64,000 nucleotides of DNA from Octopus vulgaris (GCA_951406725.2 OX597821.1:26536001-26600000); one strand, 5' to 3'; positions 1-12,720 are shown, counted from the stretch's first letter. Translations and numbers: made by a program. The notes: a model not told the origin generated them from the letters alone.

Positions 1-1135
1 CGACTTCAAGCTCTTATATCGAGAAGGGCCCCTGCTTGATATCTAGGACCTCCTCAACTATACGATGGATGAGCTGGTTTGATGTATTCGGTGATTTCCC
101 AAGAAGGTTTTGAAAATGGTCTTTTCACTTACTCAGTCCCTCCTGTGGCCTAGAGGCTTTCAACGTCTCTTTGGAAGATTTCTCCCGACTACTCACTTGG
201 TTTACTGTCTGCCACGTCAAAGAAGACGCTTTGTTGTCTGCTGCGTTTTTGATTTTGTCGATTTGACTTTGAATGTATTTTTGCTGTTTCATCTGATATA
301 GTACGTCAAGTTCTTTCAGTACCTTCGTTTTTCTGTTTAAGTTTCTTCTCGTAGGATTCTTTTGTACTGTTTGGTTATTTCCTTTATGTTAATTCTTTTT
401 GCAAGCACTGTGTCGCTTTCCCAAGGGGCTCTTCGTTTCAATTTTGTTCTCAAAGGGATGCATTTTTCAGCAGCCTCATAAAGACCTTGGACGAAGTTAA
501 GATATATTGGTTTGGGGTGTGATCTTCGATTGAATCTTGTATCGCATGGAAGCGATTTCTGAGTTTGATCGCGAAATCATTTCGGACTTTCTCGTTGTAT
601 GTCAGAATATGCCAATTTTAGGGCGGTCTTGAGGTTGCTTTTATCGTATACCTGAAGCTTAGATGTTATTACTCGATGGTCATATGATACACCAAAGAAA
701 GTGTTGCATGCTTCACAGTTGTGGCAGCTGTTAATCCAATTTATGTTCATGACAAGATAGTATAGCTGAGCTTTGAATCCGTTTGGGGAAGTATGGGTCC
801 ACTTCTTTCCCGATCGCTTCTGAAAATAAAGTGTTCAGGCATTGAAGTTTGTTTTCTACCAAGAAGTGCTCTAAGTATTCTCCATTTCACTTTGAGGTTT
901 TGATGGAACGAGTATTTATGATGGGGTATTTATCATGGCCTATTGTGCATTCATATCTCCGCCAATGATGAGGATGTTGTGTTTTCTTATAGATCGTACA
1001 AGAGACGATAAATCGCTGACATTTGTTGGGCTGTAGCAGCGGGAGACTTTAGTGGAAGGTTTACCGTTGAAATTGGCAACTATTATTCTAGATGTTATTT
1101 TCTCAATGCTGGAGAAGTAAAGAACTTGTGAGTAA
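1..1135 (-). mobile_element. Decayed LINE fragment (RTE-like), APE endonuclease region
   Basis: Minus-strand translation gives APE motifs (CYSPTN, ILIIGGDMNAQ, WTHTSPNGFKAQL), broken by stops and frameshifts. Confidence 0.75.
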
Positions 1136-1139
1136 TGTG

Positions 1140-1340
1140 TTGCTGTGGACACCAAATCATGGTACCACAGTGGTTGGAAGACCCCGAAAGACCTATATAG
1201 AACAGCTTGCAGAACATGCTGGATTCCAAGTTAAAGACCTGAACACATTAATGAAAGATTGGGAGGGATGAAGAGAGGTAGTCAGGCAGTCCCGGGCAAT
1301 TAGCCTGACTAGATGATGCCGCGATGAAGACAAGAAGAGG
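1140..1340 (+). mobile_element. 3' end of an RTE-type LINE
   Basis: Reads KTRKTYIEQLAEHAGFQVKDLNTLMKD..., similar to the RTE ORF C-terminus, followed by a GAT/GAA-rich tail. Confidence 0.5.
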
Positions 1341-1537
1341 TACTGTATAATCTTACGATCTAATTTATTTACGTAAAACTATGTGTTTGTGTATATGTAT
1401 GCTTATATTCATAAATATATATATATATATAGTTGAATATGAGTTTACAATTAAAAGAGTTTGATTATTGATCAACTATTTATGAAATTAAATATAATAT
1501 ATATGTTAATATAATCTATATGTTACAATTAAATTAT

Positions 1538-1621
1538 GTATATATATATATACATACATACACACACACATTTATATATATATATATATATACATATATA
1601 TATACATATATATATATATAC

Positions 1622-1676
<55 letters not shown>

Positions 1677-1730
1677 CATACATATATATATACATATACG
1701 CACATACATAAATACATACATATAGACACA
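1538..1730. repeat. (TA)n/(TACA)n compound microsatellite
   Basis: Directly visible. Confidence 0.95.
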
Positions 1731-1879
1731 TTATTATAAGAGATATAATATTCTGTTATTTATGAATATAGATTAAGCCTATTCTTTACGAAAACTTATG
1801 ACCTCAATGGATTCAGAAAATTCATCCAATAAAGAGGAACTTTGTATTACTTTATAACAATTTTATAGTTCAATTAAAT

Positions 1880-3350
1880 TTAGTAAAAACACATTTCGCG
1901 GCGAGAACAGAAGACAATTTTTTTCATTCTTTAAGTTGAAAAGATGGTTCTTAGACATAAGAATTTTGTATGTTTCCTCTGTACACAACTCACATCGTTT
2001 GTTTGAGATTTTGTATGTTTGGACAAAACTAAGAATTTCTCATTTAAGATTAAATTCAATATTATTATCCTTTAATTCCCATATGAACTTACATGATCCG
2101 GTAGTGTTCATTTTTTGTCTACTTTTAAAGCGATGCAAATGATTGGCGACCGTAAGTTTAATTCTATTTACTATTGACCCTATATAGTAGGACTGTTTTC
2201 CTTGTGATTCTCCTATGCTTTGGTGAACTAAGTTATCATTCTTACATAAATTTTAAAATTTACAATTGATTTTAACTTTACTGTCACAGGTTTCATTTAC
2301 ATCTCTAAGTATAGATTTATTTGAAATATTATTAGGAAGGATGTTAATATGGGTTATTTCCCTTTCATCAATAAGGTGTGTATGACCGTTAACGTTATTA
2401 TATTAGGTTTTTGAAATCTTGTTGGTGTTATGAAGTGTTATTATAAATAACATTACTAATACTGTAGAAATTATCCAATTTTTTGTTATTAATAAATGAT
2501 ATAATTCTGAACAGGTTACGAGTTAGACAATAACCAGTCTTAACATATTTATAATTTCGCTATATTTATTATTTCAATCAAAATGTTTGTAAATAGACCT
2601 GCATTTGGCTTTGGTTAAAATATTAAAAATTTGTTTTGCATATGGAATAATAAACCAAATATTATTAGATTAATTAGGATTATTTTTTGAGTATTTATAT
2701 TCAGTTTTCGATTTCGTAAATATTATGAGAGGAGTATATGGTTTACTTTTGATATTACTAATTTTACAAGGTTTATCAAGGGTATAAGTACTCAAGTCAA
2801 TTACAGATTTATCATTTGCGCATTTGTTAGTATAAAAATAATAATTATTTTTAAGCTGCGTATTATTTATTATAGGTTTATAAGGATATTTAATATTTGT
2901 TCTTTCTATATTATAGTCTATATTTCTAAGTTGTTGTTTATTTATTTCAAGTTTATCGTTACTGCTTATTATTTCATTGTTAGCTATTTTATTAATTCTC
3001 TGTTTATTTCTACTCGTAGATTTACTTTTAATCGAATTACTATTATTTCCAGGTTTTTCTTGTCGTATGATTAATTCTATCATCTATATTATTATCATTG
3101 GATCGATGCTACTTTTTTTTTTATCTCTATATCCTGCTTTAGCTAGAGCTATATTATAATCATTTTTATTTTTCATAAAAATCCCTTCCTTCGAAGATAA
3201 ATTTGGTATTCTTTTTCCTATATTAGAAATTAAAGTATTTCGAATCAATCCTGGGTGATTACTTCGGAAATTAATATAGCTTGAATTCGTATTTGATTTG
3301 TGGAAGAGTTCATATTTACCAGTTACAAGGTTAAAATTAACATCCAAATT
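1880..3350 (-). mobile_element. Decayed AT-rich Penelope-like element (RT thumb + GIY-YIG end)
   Basis: ORF 3084-3347 (DVNFNL..FHKSNTNSSYINFRSNHP..NIGKRIPNLSS) matches the PLE thumb. Downstream remnants YYIGS...WELKDNNIEFNLKWEIL...CELCTEE match the PLE endonuclease C-terminus. Confidence 0.7.
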
Positions 3351-3926
3351 TTAGCTTTCACACGCATAAACTGAAGAATAAAAAATAAAACAATTCCATA
3401 TTTTAGTCTGCTGAAAAGAACGGATTGGCTAGCATGTAATTTCTTAATGTCTTATATTTCCCAGATGATATTTTGCTCATAACTTACAAATGCAGGTCTA
3501 TTGCGTAAACTTGTCATTTATTGAATGAGTACATTGAAACAAGTGTAGGAATGAATGATTATCAGTTTATTGATAAATAACTATTAAACATTAACTCTCC
3601 ATTTTCTCCTCTTAAATGAATATGGATTATATGCTTAATATATACCTATTGATTTAGGGAAATTTATTTCCCAAAGATATAAGGCATTGAACTATTGTAT
3701 TCTTGGATCTAATCACCCCTTTACGAGGTTAATATATCTTCTAATTAGCTTAATGATTTCAATAATTTATATTAAGATTTTTATAATTGTATTCTTATCT
3801 TATATGTATTGAACTATAATGTATGTATGTTATTAAGGTTCTCAATTTTTGTTAAAAAAAAGTCAACATTCTAATATCCGAAAGCCGATGAACCAACTAA
3901 ATTGTTTCTCCATTTTCTTATTTGTA

Positions 3927-3927
3927 T

Positions 3928-3979
<52 letters not shown>

Positions 3980-4013
3980 TGTATGTATGTATGTATGTAT
4001 GTATGTATGTATG

Positions 4014-4061
<48 letters not shown>
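3927..4061. repeat. (TA)n-(TATG)n-(TA)n microsatellite
   Basis: Directly visible. Confidence 0.95.
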
Positions 4062-4064
<3 letters not shown>

Positions 4065-4384
4065 GTAAAATAAGAAAAATCAACGAAAATGCACATTGCA
4101 AATAAAAAAAGGCTATTTATGACAGGTAACGACAAATATATACATTTAGATTGACTGAGGTAGTAATACGAGTTATAAAAGTCATTATCATGAGATGATT
4201 ATAAGATGATAATAAAGTAAGAGAACAAAGCTATTCATCGTTTGAACAACACCGGTTAATACACGGTGTCAGGTCTAATAGTTCCTGAGAAAAAAGATTA
4301 TTTGTAAGGGAGGTAAGTAGTTCTGGATTTAGATATGTGAGTGGTGTAGGAAGTGTATAGGGTTTAGTGGTTTCAATTGAAGAG

Positions 4385-5125
4385 TTAGTGGTGTTCTGTA
4401 TTGAGTTGTGTGTTCATATTTAGTTGCGGGAGAAATTTATTGATGAAAAATGCCTCTTTATTCAACCTTTGTTGCATTGTGGTGTTCTGTGAACATTGGT
4501 AAAAGGGAAATATTTGGAAATTGGGATTAAGATTCCTGGCACATCTTTCTATGTGTTCACTCACCTTTAACTGTCTGTATTGTGGGTGACGGATTTGCTC
4601 TTTGTGAATGGTGATTCTTTGACGGAGCGAAATTCCTGTTTGTCCAATATAGAGTTTACCACATCCTATGCATGTCATGACATAGATTACATTTGCTGAG
4701 GCGCAGGTGAAATTTGATTTGATCTTATATATTTCTCCTTGTTTGAATTGGAATTCTGACCCCTCCAGAAGGTGGGGGCATGTTCCACAGTTAGAACGTC
4801 TACATTTTGTCACTTTTGGCTCAGTTGTTAGTGGGTAAAGTCTAGCGCTGGTTAATATTTTTTCCAGTGACTTCGGTTGCTTTTTGCTTTTTATAATTTT
4901 ATATGAACTTAAAATTTCGTTCATTGTTTTGTCTGCTGTGAGGATGGGAAGGTTTTGGGTGATGATGTTGAAGGCTTCGTTGTTTCTGGGGTTATGTGTG
5001 ATGTACGGGAGTATTTTAAAGTCTTGTTTAGTATTTCGGCTAGTTTTCCTTAACCTTTGTATATCTATTTCCTTAGCTCTTTTGATGCCTTCATTTACTA
5101 ATGAGATTGGGTAATGTATTATCCT
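4385..5125 (-). mobile_element. 5'-truncated Penelope-like element, GIY-YIG endonuclease
   Basis: CRRSNCGTCP linker, FTCASANVIYVMTCIGCGKLYIGQTG (GIY-YIG), and clear homology to the ORF at 41116-42414. Confidence 0.9.
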
Positions 5126-5357
5126 ATATTTTGATGGCAAAGTTAGAGTCTTTGGCATTATGCAGTGGCACTTAGTTCTAGCGTTAGTGTAACTCTCAAT
5201 GTCAAAGTTTGTGAAAGTTCCTCCAGGATTTTCAAGATGCACATTATGGCCTTTTTTCCACGCCTACCCTCTAGGGAATAGAGTCTCAATCTCTTGAGTC
5301 TTTCCCAGTAGCTTATATGTTTCGCGTATCTTCGCTGGATTGCTTCAAGTTTATATA

Positions 5358-6187
5358 TTGGGTTGGCAGGAAAGTAATTTCATTTTTCGCAAATAGATAG
5401 AGTTACGATTTTTTGTATGAGTTTTGTCAAAGCTATGATTGTTTCCTTTTGAGATTTGATTGCCGTTACTTTTAGCTTACTTTAGAAGCAAATTTCGCGT
5501 AATTTTGTTTCCAGCCGTTCAGTGTCAATTTTAACATGGAGTGCAAACACGGACATTCTCACCATACTTTGCTTTTTTTATTTCCGCAAAGTCAAGAAAG
5601 CTGCTGAGGCTCACAAAGAGATATGTGAAGTGTATGGTGTTGATTAATTAACAGAACTCACATGTCAGAAATGGTTTAAAAATTCCGTTCTGGAGATTTT
5701 TTACTCAAAGATGACCAACGTTCTGGTCGACCTACTGAAGTTGATGATGACCGAATCAAAGCCATAATTGAATTTGATTCTCATATAACTGCGAGTGATT
5801 GCAGAGAGGTTAAGTGTATCACACACAACGGTTGAAAATCATTTAAAAAGTTCTTGGATGCGTTAAGAAGCTCGATATTTAAGTTCAGTATAAATTGAAA
5901 GAGATTCACTCAACACAATGAATCAATATATTCGATATGCATCTCGAATGCAATGAAATCGACCTTTTTTTGAAATGAATCATCAGTGGTGGTGAAAAAT
6001 GGATTATCTATAATAACTTCAATCGAAAACGATCGTGGTCCAAGCGTAATGAATGAACTAGCACAAACCACATCGAAAGCTAAATTGCATAAAAAAAAGG
6101 CCATGCTGTCAATTTGGTGGGATTACAAAGTTGTTGTGTATTTTGAGCTGCTTCCAAGGAACCAAACGCTCAATTTAGATGTTTGCT
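5358..6187 (+). mobile_element. Mariner transposon, 5' portion (transposase pseudogene)
   Basis: TA followed by TIR-like TTGGGTTGGCAGGAAAG. Remnant reads KWFKKFRSGDF..DDQRSGRPTEVD..AMLSIWWDYKVVVYFELL. Has stops and frameshifts. Confidence 0.85.
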
Positions 6188-6189
6188 GT

Positions 6190-6586
6190 TAACAACTTTC
6201 GCGGTCCCGGTTATTCGCGGAGCTAGCAATTGTTCGCGGAAACCACCGCATATTTGCGGAATCGTAAATATCGACCGCAATTTTTTATGGCATTTTTCGT
6301 GGCAGTGCATATTTTTTCACACATTTCAATTGTTAATAACAATATACTATATTTTCCGGTTTACTCGACGCCCCTTCACAGTTGAAGTTTCCTCTCATTT
6401 AGAATGGCCGCGCATCACGTCGCTTGATTGTTTTAGATACAAGTACACTGTATCTCTTATTCCTGCTCTCAATCAAAGCTTGCTAATTAGTATAGCGACA
6501 TCTATCTATGCTTTACACATACACACTCTCTCCCTCTCTCGCTGAATTTGTCTCTCAAAAACAACCTCCCATTGTAGTGAAAGTAG

Positions 6587-6618
<32 letters not shown>

Positions 6619-6630
6619 TTTATATATGTA

Positions 6631-6670
<40 letters not shown>

Positions 6671-6789
6671 CACCGTGATCACCGTGACCGACCAAGCTAT
6701 CAGATGTTGCTACACATCGCTGGTCACAATGCGCTGGGCATATTTTTTTAGCCTCCAAATGACGCCACCCTGCTGGCTAAGCGAGCAGG

Positions 6790-6863
<74 letters not shown>

Positions 6864-8915
6864 TTACTTGCTGCTCTCTTTCTCTTGGTGTATTATAGAT
6901 TACTGTATCTAGTGGTAATACAAATTAAAATTTTCAAAACCATGATTATTTTTAATCTCTTCTCAATCTCCCATCGGAGGAGGATTTTGTAGGTATTTTT
7001 GGTAAAATTGCATCCAGTAGCTATCTCGAGTATTTTGTTGAGTGCTGTGTTTTTTGCAGCGTGTTATTAAATCTCTAAGATGCCGCCCAAACGCCCTACA
7101 CTTTCTAAGGCTTCTGGCAGGGAACCTAAGCGCCAGAAAAAGGTTATGACGCTCCGTGAGAAGGTATAGCTGCTGTATATTTTCCGGGAAAGTTAAAGTT
7201 ATGCTGCAGTAGATCGCTATTATGTTGTCAATGAAAACACCATACTCTATATAAAGAAGAATGTGGTGGCGATCAGGACTACCGTAGCAGTAAGTTTCTA
7301 TGAAAGTGCCAAAAAAGATAACAATAGTGAGAAATAAGCACTTCATTAGGATGGAATCTGCCTTGGCATTGTGGATCAAGCACTGGAAGAAGGAAAAATC
7401 CCATTGGATGGTAACATCATTCGCGAGAAAGCGCTGAAATTATACCAGCAGTTCGACAGAAGAAACGGAGCAGAAGGCACCGAAGAACCGTAACCAAGAC
7501 CAATGACAGCACCGGAGCCCGAAGATTTTCAAGCCAGCAAGGAATGGTTTGATAATTTTCAGAAACGATTTACAATAAAGTGCGTTTCCTTGCATGGAGA
7601 GACAGCATCAGCCAACGAAGAAACCACTGAGAAGTACCTCGAGACCTTCAAGCAGATCATCGAGGACCAGGGATACAAGCCGGAACAGGTTTTCAATATG
7701 GACGAAACTGGCTTGTTCTGGAGGAAGATACATTCCAGAACGTATGTCATGAAGGACCAAGCCAGAGTCCCAGGATTTAAGGCACAGAAGGACAGAGTAA
7801 CGCTAATTATGTGTGGCTATGCTGCTGGCTTCATGATGAAACCAGGATTTATCTACAAGTCCGCGAATCCGAGGGCCTTCCAAAATAAGAATAAAAAATC
7901 TGCTGTCTGTCCACTGAATGCACATTCCCAAGGCCTGGATTACCAAAAGTCTAACTTTGAATTGGTCCCACCAATGCGTCATCCCTGAAGACAAGGAATG
8001 CCTCCAAAACGTATGCATGGAATTCAAGGTGTGGCTTGTTATGGATAATGCTGGTGATCACTCTTTCGATTTGAATCACGAGTGAGTCCAAGTCAAGTTC
8101 CTGCCTGCCAAAACCACCTTCCACATCCAGCCTATGGATCAGGGCGTGATCCATGCATTCAAAGCATTTTGCACTCGGAAATCTCCAACATTTTGAGGAC
8201 GCAACGGAATCAAACGAGAATTTCAAGTTAAAGGAGTACTGCCGTAACTTTACGATCGCAACGTGCCTGTTAGTCATCCACGCCGCCCTTAAAGACATGA
8301 AAAAAGAAACTCCAATCGAATGCTGGAAGATGTGGCCAGAGTGTATGCCGGACTACGAGAACTGCTCACCTGAAGATATTCGGTATGAGGCTGTCTACAA
8401 TACATTGAAACTGGCAAAGGTACTTGGTGGCGAACGTTTTGAGGACATCACGCAAGATGAGGTCAACGATCTCATCGATGCCCACTCTGAAACCCGGACG
8501 GACGAAGATTTGTTGGAGTTAATGAGGTATGCCAGTGAAGATGAGAAGGAAGTACCAGTTCCAGAGAAATAGGAGGATGAAGAGGGGCCTGGCAATCGAT
8601 GGTCTGTCCGACCGTTTCAGGACAGCAAAAGAATTGCGAGGGAAGACGTAAGCATAGGATCCCTATATGCTTCGGTCCCTCCAATTTAAAAAAAAATGCC
8701 ATCGATGCTGCCATGCAGATATATAAAACTCTCCTCACCACCACGAAGAAACAAGAACAGCAACTTCCCATCACAATGTTTCTCAAGACCACGAAGAAGG
8801 CCTTCCACGAAGATACGACACCTACTAAAACACCTGAAGAGCTTTAAATCTTCTTTGGTGAGCAGTCATTACCTCCATTATTTTCATCATCATCGTCGTA
8901 AATCAATATTATTCA
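6190..8915 (+). mobile_element. Tigger/pogo (TIGD1-like) DNA transposon with disrupted transposase (ATG 7080 to about 8847)
   Basis: MPPKRP..RQKKVMTLREKV, FQASKEWFDNF, QVFNMDETGLFW, FKAQKDRVTL, MDNAGDH, IQPMDQGVI. Multiple frameshifts and stops. Confidence 0.9.
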
Positions 8916-8918
8916 TTA

Positions 8919-9303
8919 CTAGCAGTATCGCCCGGCGTTGCTCGGGTTTGTTTCGACCCTTTAGAATTGGAATTTTTGAAGAAAAGCAAAAATTTTACAT
9001 TATACAGCTTGTTATTCTCTTTAAGCGAACATTTTTCTGGTTGAAATACACCGAAAAATGGCGACACCGCAGTAAAAAAATCGTAAAAAATAGGGATTTT
9101 CATAGAAAAAAAGCACCTTTTTGATGTAAATAATTTTTGGTGTTAACTTGGTCCGATTTGGATTTTTTCTTCTACGGAAGGAAGAGCAAGCATTCTATCA
9201 TACTCTCAACTTTGGTCAACTTGCGCCGCAGGGTCTCGGAGTGTTAGTTGAAGGCTACCAAACCTGCCATACACAGACAACTTCAGCTTCATATATATAG
9301 AGA
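8919..9303 (-). mobile_element. Non-autonomous Helitron-like element
   Basis: Minus strand begins TCTCTATATATATGAAG and ends CCCGAGCAACGCCGGG (hairpin) CGATACTG-CTAG, the canonical Helitron 3' end. Confidence 0.7.
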
Positions 9304-9361
9304 CTGGTGAATGTAACCGTATATTTTACTTTGTTTTTTTTTATTAAATTAGTATTACATA

Positions 9362-9413
<52 letters not shown>

Positions 9414-9574
9414 TAAAGTTCAAAATAACTTAAAGAATATTGTTCAGTCAGAAGATAAATTCTACTACCTTAATGTTCTTAAAATTCAAATCGACATCTC
9501 TGTCTATATATTTACCCTCTCTACAATGTTATAAATTAATATGAAAATATGTATTAATGGAAATCCTCTATAAA

Positions 9575-9658
9575 TGGCTGATGATTACTCAACATTTTAA
9601 AACTGCTGTAATACTTATAATGTTTAACAAAATGATGTAGCGTGAAACGATCGTACCA
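9575..9658 (+). ncRNA. Type I hammerhead ribozyme motif (PLE-LTR type)
   Basis: TGG-CTGATGA-(long imperfect stem II)-GAAA-CGATCG-TA-CCA. Palindromic stem III, GUA site. Confidence 0.65.
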
Positions 9659-9699
9659 AATTACCGAAGATATTCTTGTTGCTTATTTTGATTATATAT

Positions 9700-10653
9700 A
9701 TTGCTAGGATGATCCGGTTCTTGACTGAAGATCGAAGGCTTCGAATGTCCCGTCCGTGTTTTTTGTATCGTCTTCTAAATGTTTTACGTTCATGTCCCAG
9801 TTTGTATTTTTCTACATATAATATATATAGCGGCGTCCGTACCCTCGTTGGCCTTATGTAAGTACATATTCCTGTAAATTTGGTACGACTCTACATACTG
9901 TCTCTCTCTCCTACATTTCTCTACCTTTCACACTTTTCACTCTACTTTGATCTGTCCCCTTCTCTCTCTCTCTCTCTCTCTCTCTACTTCTCCTCCTTTT
10001 CTCTTTTCTCGCCTCTGATTCTTTGGTCTACTCTTCCCCCCACTCTCTCACAATTCTCTATCTTTCTCACTTTGCACTCACTAGCCCTCCTTGGCACGCA
10101 CTCTTTCTTCTCCTCTCTTTAATTCCTTCTTTCTCTCTCTTCTCCCCCCCTTGTTGCCTTCGTCCCTCTTTCTCTCTCTCTTTGTTTCCTTTGCCCCCTT
10201 TCTTTTCTCTCTCTTCTCTCACGTGACCGCTGGTCAAAATCAGCCTTTTGGCCTCCGACCACTGCCGTGAGAACATCTGTTGCCTTCGTCTGCCGATAAA
10301 GGCATTATTCCAAATACGCCAGCTAAACTTGTTGTACTATTTATTAGTCGTAAGACACCCACTGTTTTTGTCCTGTTTTTATCATTATTGTTTTTTGTAT
10401 TTTATATTCGTGTGGCATCGTCTGTTTTTCTGTCCCTGTTTCGTATACATTCGATCCTTCTTTCAAGAAATCTAATGCTCGTAGATTAGTTTTTCCTTGG
10501 GGCTGGCCGGATCGGAGCGATCTCAAGATTAATCAGCTGAAATTGCTAGGATGATCCGGTTCTTGACTGAAGATTGAAGGCTTCGAATGTCCCGTCCGTG
10601 TTTTTTGTATCGTCTTCTAAATGTTTTAGTTCATGTCCCAGTTTGTATTTTTC

Positions 10654-10660
<7 letters not shown>
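9700..10660 (+). mobile_element. Non-coding element with ~125-bp terminal direct repeats and CT-rich interior (retrozyme/non-autonomous PLE-like)
   Basis: 9700-9828 is repeated at 10542-10670. No ORF. Ends in (TA)n. Carries the re-wired hammerhead-like motif at 10501-10595. Confidence 0.7.
10501..10595 (+). ncRNA. Candidate topologically rearranged hammerhead-like RNA (copy A)
   Basis: Helices GGCTGG/TCAGCT, CCGGATC/GATCCGG, AGCGAT/ATTGCT and TCAAGA/TCTTGA around GAAA, AUC and CUGAAGA. Covaries with 47524-47620. Confidence 0.55.
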
Positions 10661-10730
<70 letters not shown>

Positions 10731-10839
10731 TGAGGTCATATTTTGACATTATTGGTATTTTTATGAACTACGTCCAATATTCGCAGGTGGTCTAGGAACG
10801 TAACTGTACATATATATAAATATGTATATATATATACAA

Positions 10840-10913
<74 letters not shown>

Positions 10914-10932
10914 GTAATAATAATAATAATAA

Positions 10933-11625
10933 CGAACCATCAAGGCCAATAAACCAGATATCGAACCATCAAGGCCAATAAACCAGATACCGAACCATCA
11001 AGGCCAATAAACCAGATATCGAACCATCAAGGCCAATAAACCAGATACCGAACCATCAAGGCCAATAAACCAGATATTGTTGTGACGAACCATCAAGGCC
11101 AATAAACCAGATATTGTTGTGACGAACCATCAAGTCCAATAAACCAGATATTGTTGTGAAAGACCAAAACAATAAAGTTTGCTTATTGATCGACATGAGC
11201 ATCCCCTGTGATCATAATATCTCAGCGAAAGAGTTTGACAAGCTCAGAAAATATAAAGACCTACTCATTGAAATTGAGAAAATGTGGCATCTCAAGTCGG
11301 TTACAATACCAGTGATCGTAGGAGCACTAGGAATGATCAAGAAGGGAACCGAAAATTATATGAGAATGATCCCTGGCTTACCATCCCTGCAAGAAGTGCA
11401 AAAGATTGTCTTAACTGGTACATCACACGTATTGAGAAGAGCATTGTCGATGTGAGAACTGTTGCTGCTCATGTATTTTAATTTAACTTTAAAAAAAAAA
11501 AAAAATGAACGAACTACTGAGTTTGGTTTAATGGCCTACCAATGTATGCTATGAGTTTCTTTGCCCTAGGAGTCGGGAAGACACTCGGCAAGAAATGGAA
11601 GCAAATTTGAAAGAAGAAAAAAAAA

Positions 11626-11626
<1 letters not shown>
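10933..11626 (+). mobile_element. 5'-truncated R4/Dong-clade non-LTR element (REL endonuclease C-terminus) inserted in (TAA)n
   Basis: RTIKSNKPDIVVKD..LLIDMSIP..KEFDKLRKYKDL..VIVGALG (PD..D endonuclease), stop at 11455. (TAA)n on both sides (10843-10932, 11627-11686). Confidence 0.85.
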
Positions 11627-11688
<62 letters not shown>

Positions 11689-12114
11689 TGAGACAACAAA
11701 ACCAAGGCTGTGTCAAATTTTCAGGACATCTTAAGAACATGTTCTTGTTACCAAAGAATGTATATATGTATTGTAGTATTTTGTGACAACCATATTCTGT
11801 GCGTATATGTATATACAGATACAATACCAATATTCTACTGAACTTTTTAATAATTCCTTCTGGAAACTGTCTTTAACATTTTCTTGAGAATGTATATATA
11901 TATTGTAATCTTTTGTGCCCAATATTTTTATGAACTTGTTAAACTTTTTTATGTTCTTAACATGTTCTTGTTACCAAAGCATGTATTGTAGCATTTTGTG
12001 ACAACCAATAATTAACACAACCAAACTTTTACATGTTACTTTTGACAATATTTTCTAAAAAGTGAAACCGGTAAAGTAAATAAACATCTTTTAAAATTGC
12101 ATTTTCAAACCTTC

Positions 12115-12162
<48 letters not shown>

Positions 12163-12179
12163 GTATGTATATAATAGCA

Positions 12180-12303
12180 GGCAGGTCTCTGTGGTTAAGA
12201 ACCCGGTTTAATCTTGATCAAGTGTCTTCTAATGTAGCCCTGGACTTTCCAGTGCTTTGTGAGTGAACTGAGTAGACGGAAACTGTACGGAAGACCTTCA
12301 GAC

Positions 12304-12385
<82 letters not shown>

Positions 12386-12720
12386 GCTCAGTATCAACTG
12401 ACTGAAAAAAGAGCACTCTGTAGCATGGCTGAGGCTCACTCGGCAAAAGGACATATATGTGTATGTGTGTCAATGTGTGTGTGTGTGTGTGCGCGTGCAC
12501 ATGTGCATGTATGCGTGTGTACGTGTGTGCATGTGTATTTTCGTCTGTGTTTGTTTCTTCCACTGCTTGACAACCGGTATTGATTTATTTACGTCCTAGT
12601 ATACTAGCGGATCGGCAAAATGACAGATTGAATAAGAAAAATAACTGTTCCGATTTGATAAACTTCAAGGAAATGCCTCAGTATGGTTGCAGTCCAGTGA
12701 GTGAAACAAGCATGAGATAA
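12180..12720 (+). mobile_element. Diverged SINE (family 2) with internal (TCTA)n/(TG)n
   Basis: Similar to 51009-51418. Confidence 0.55.

Noticed and set aside
4385-5242. Treating the whole 285-aa ORF as one gene
   Set aside because: Homology to the other Penelope copy starts only at about 5125. The N-terminal ~40 aa is read-through from unrelated flank.
7080-8847. Domesticated TIGD1-like host gene
   Set aside because: Multiple stops and frameshifts, so it is a transposon fossil.
10933-11160. CRISPR-like 29/37-nt direct repeats
   Set aside because: The repeats are contiguous with no unique spacers, derive from the retroelement ORF, and the context is eukaryotic with no cas genes.
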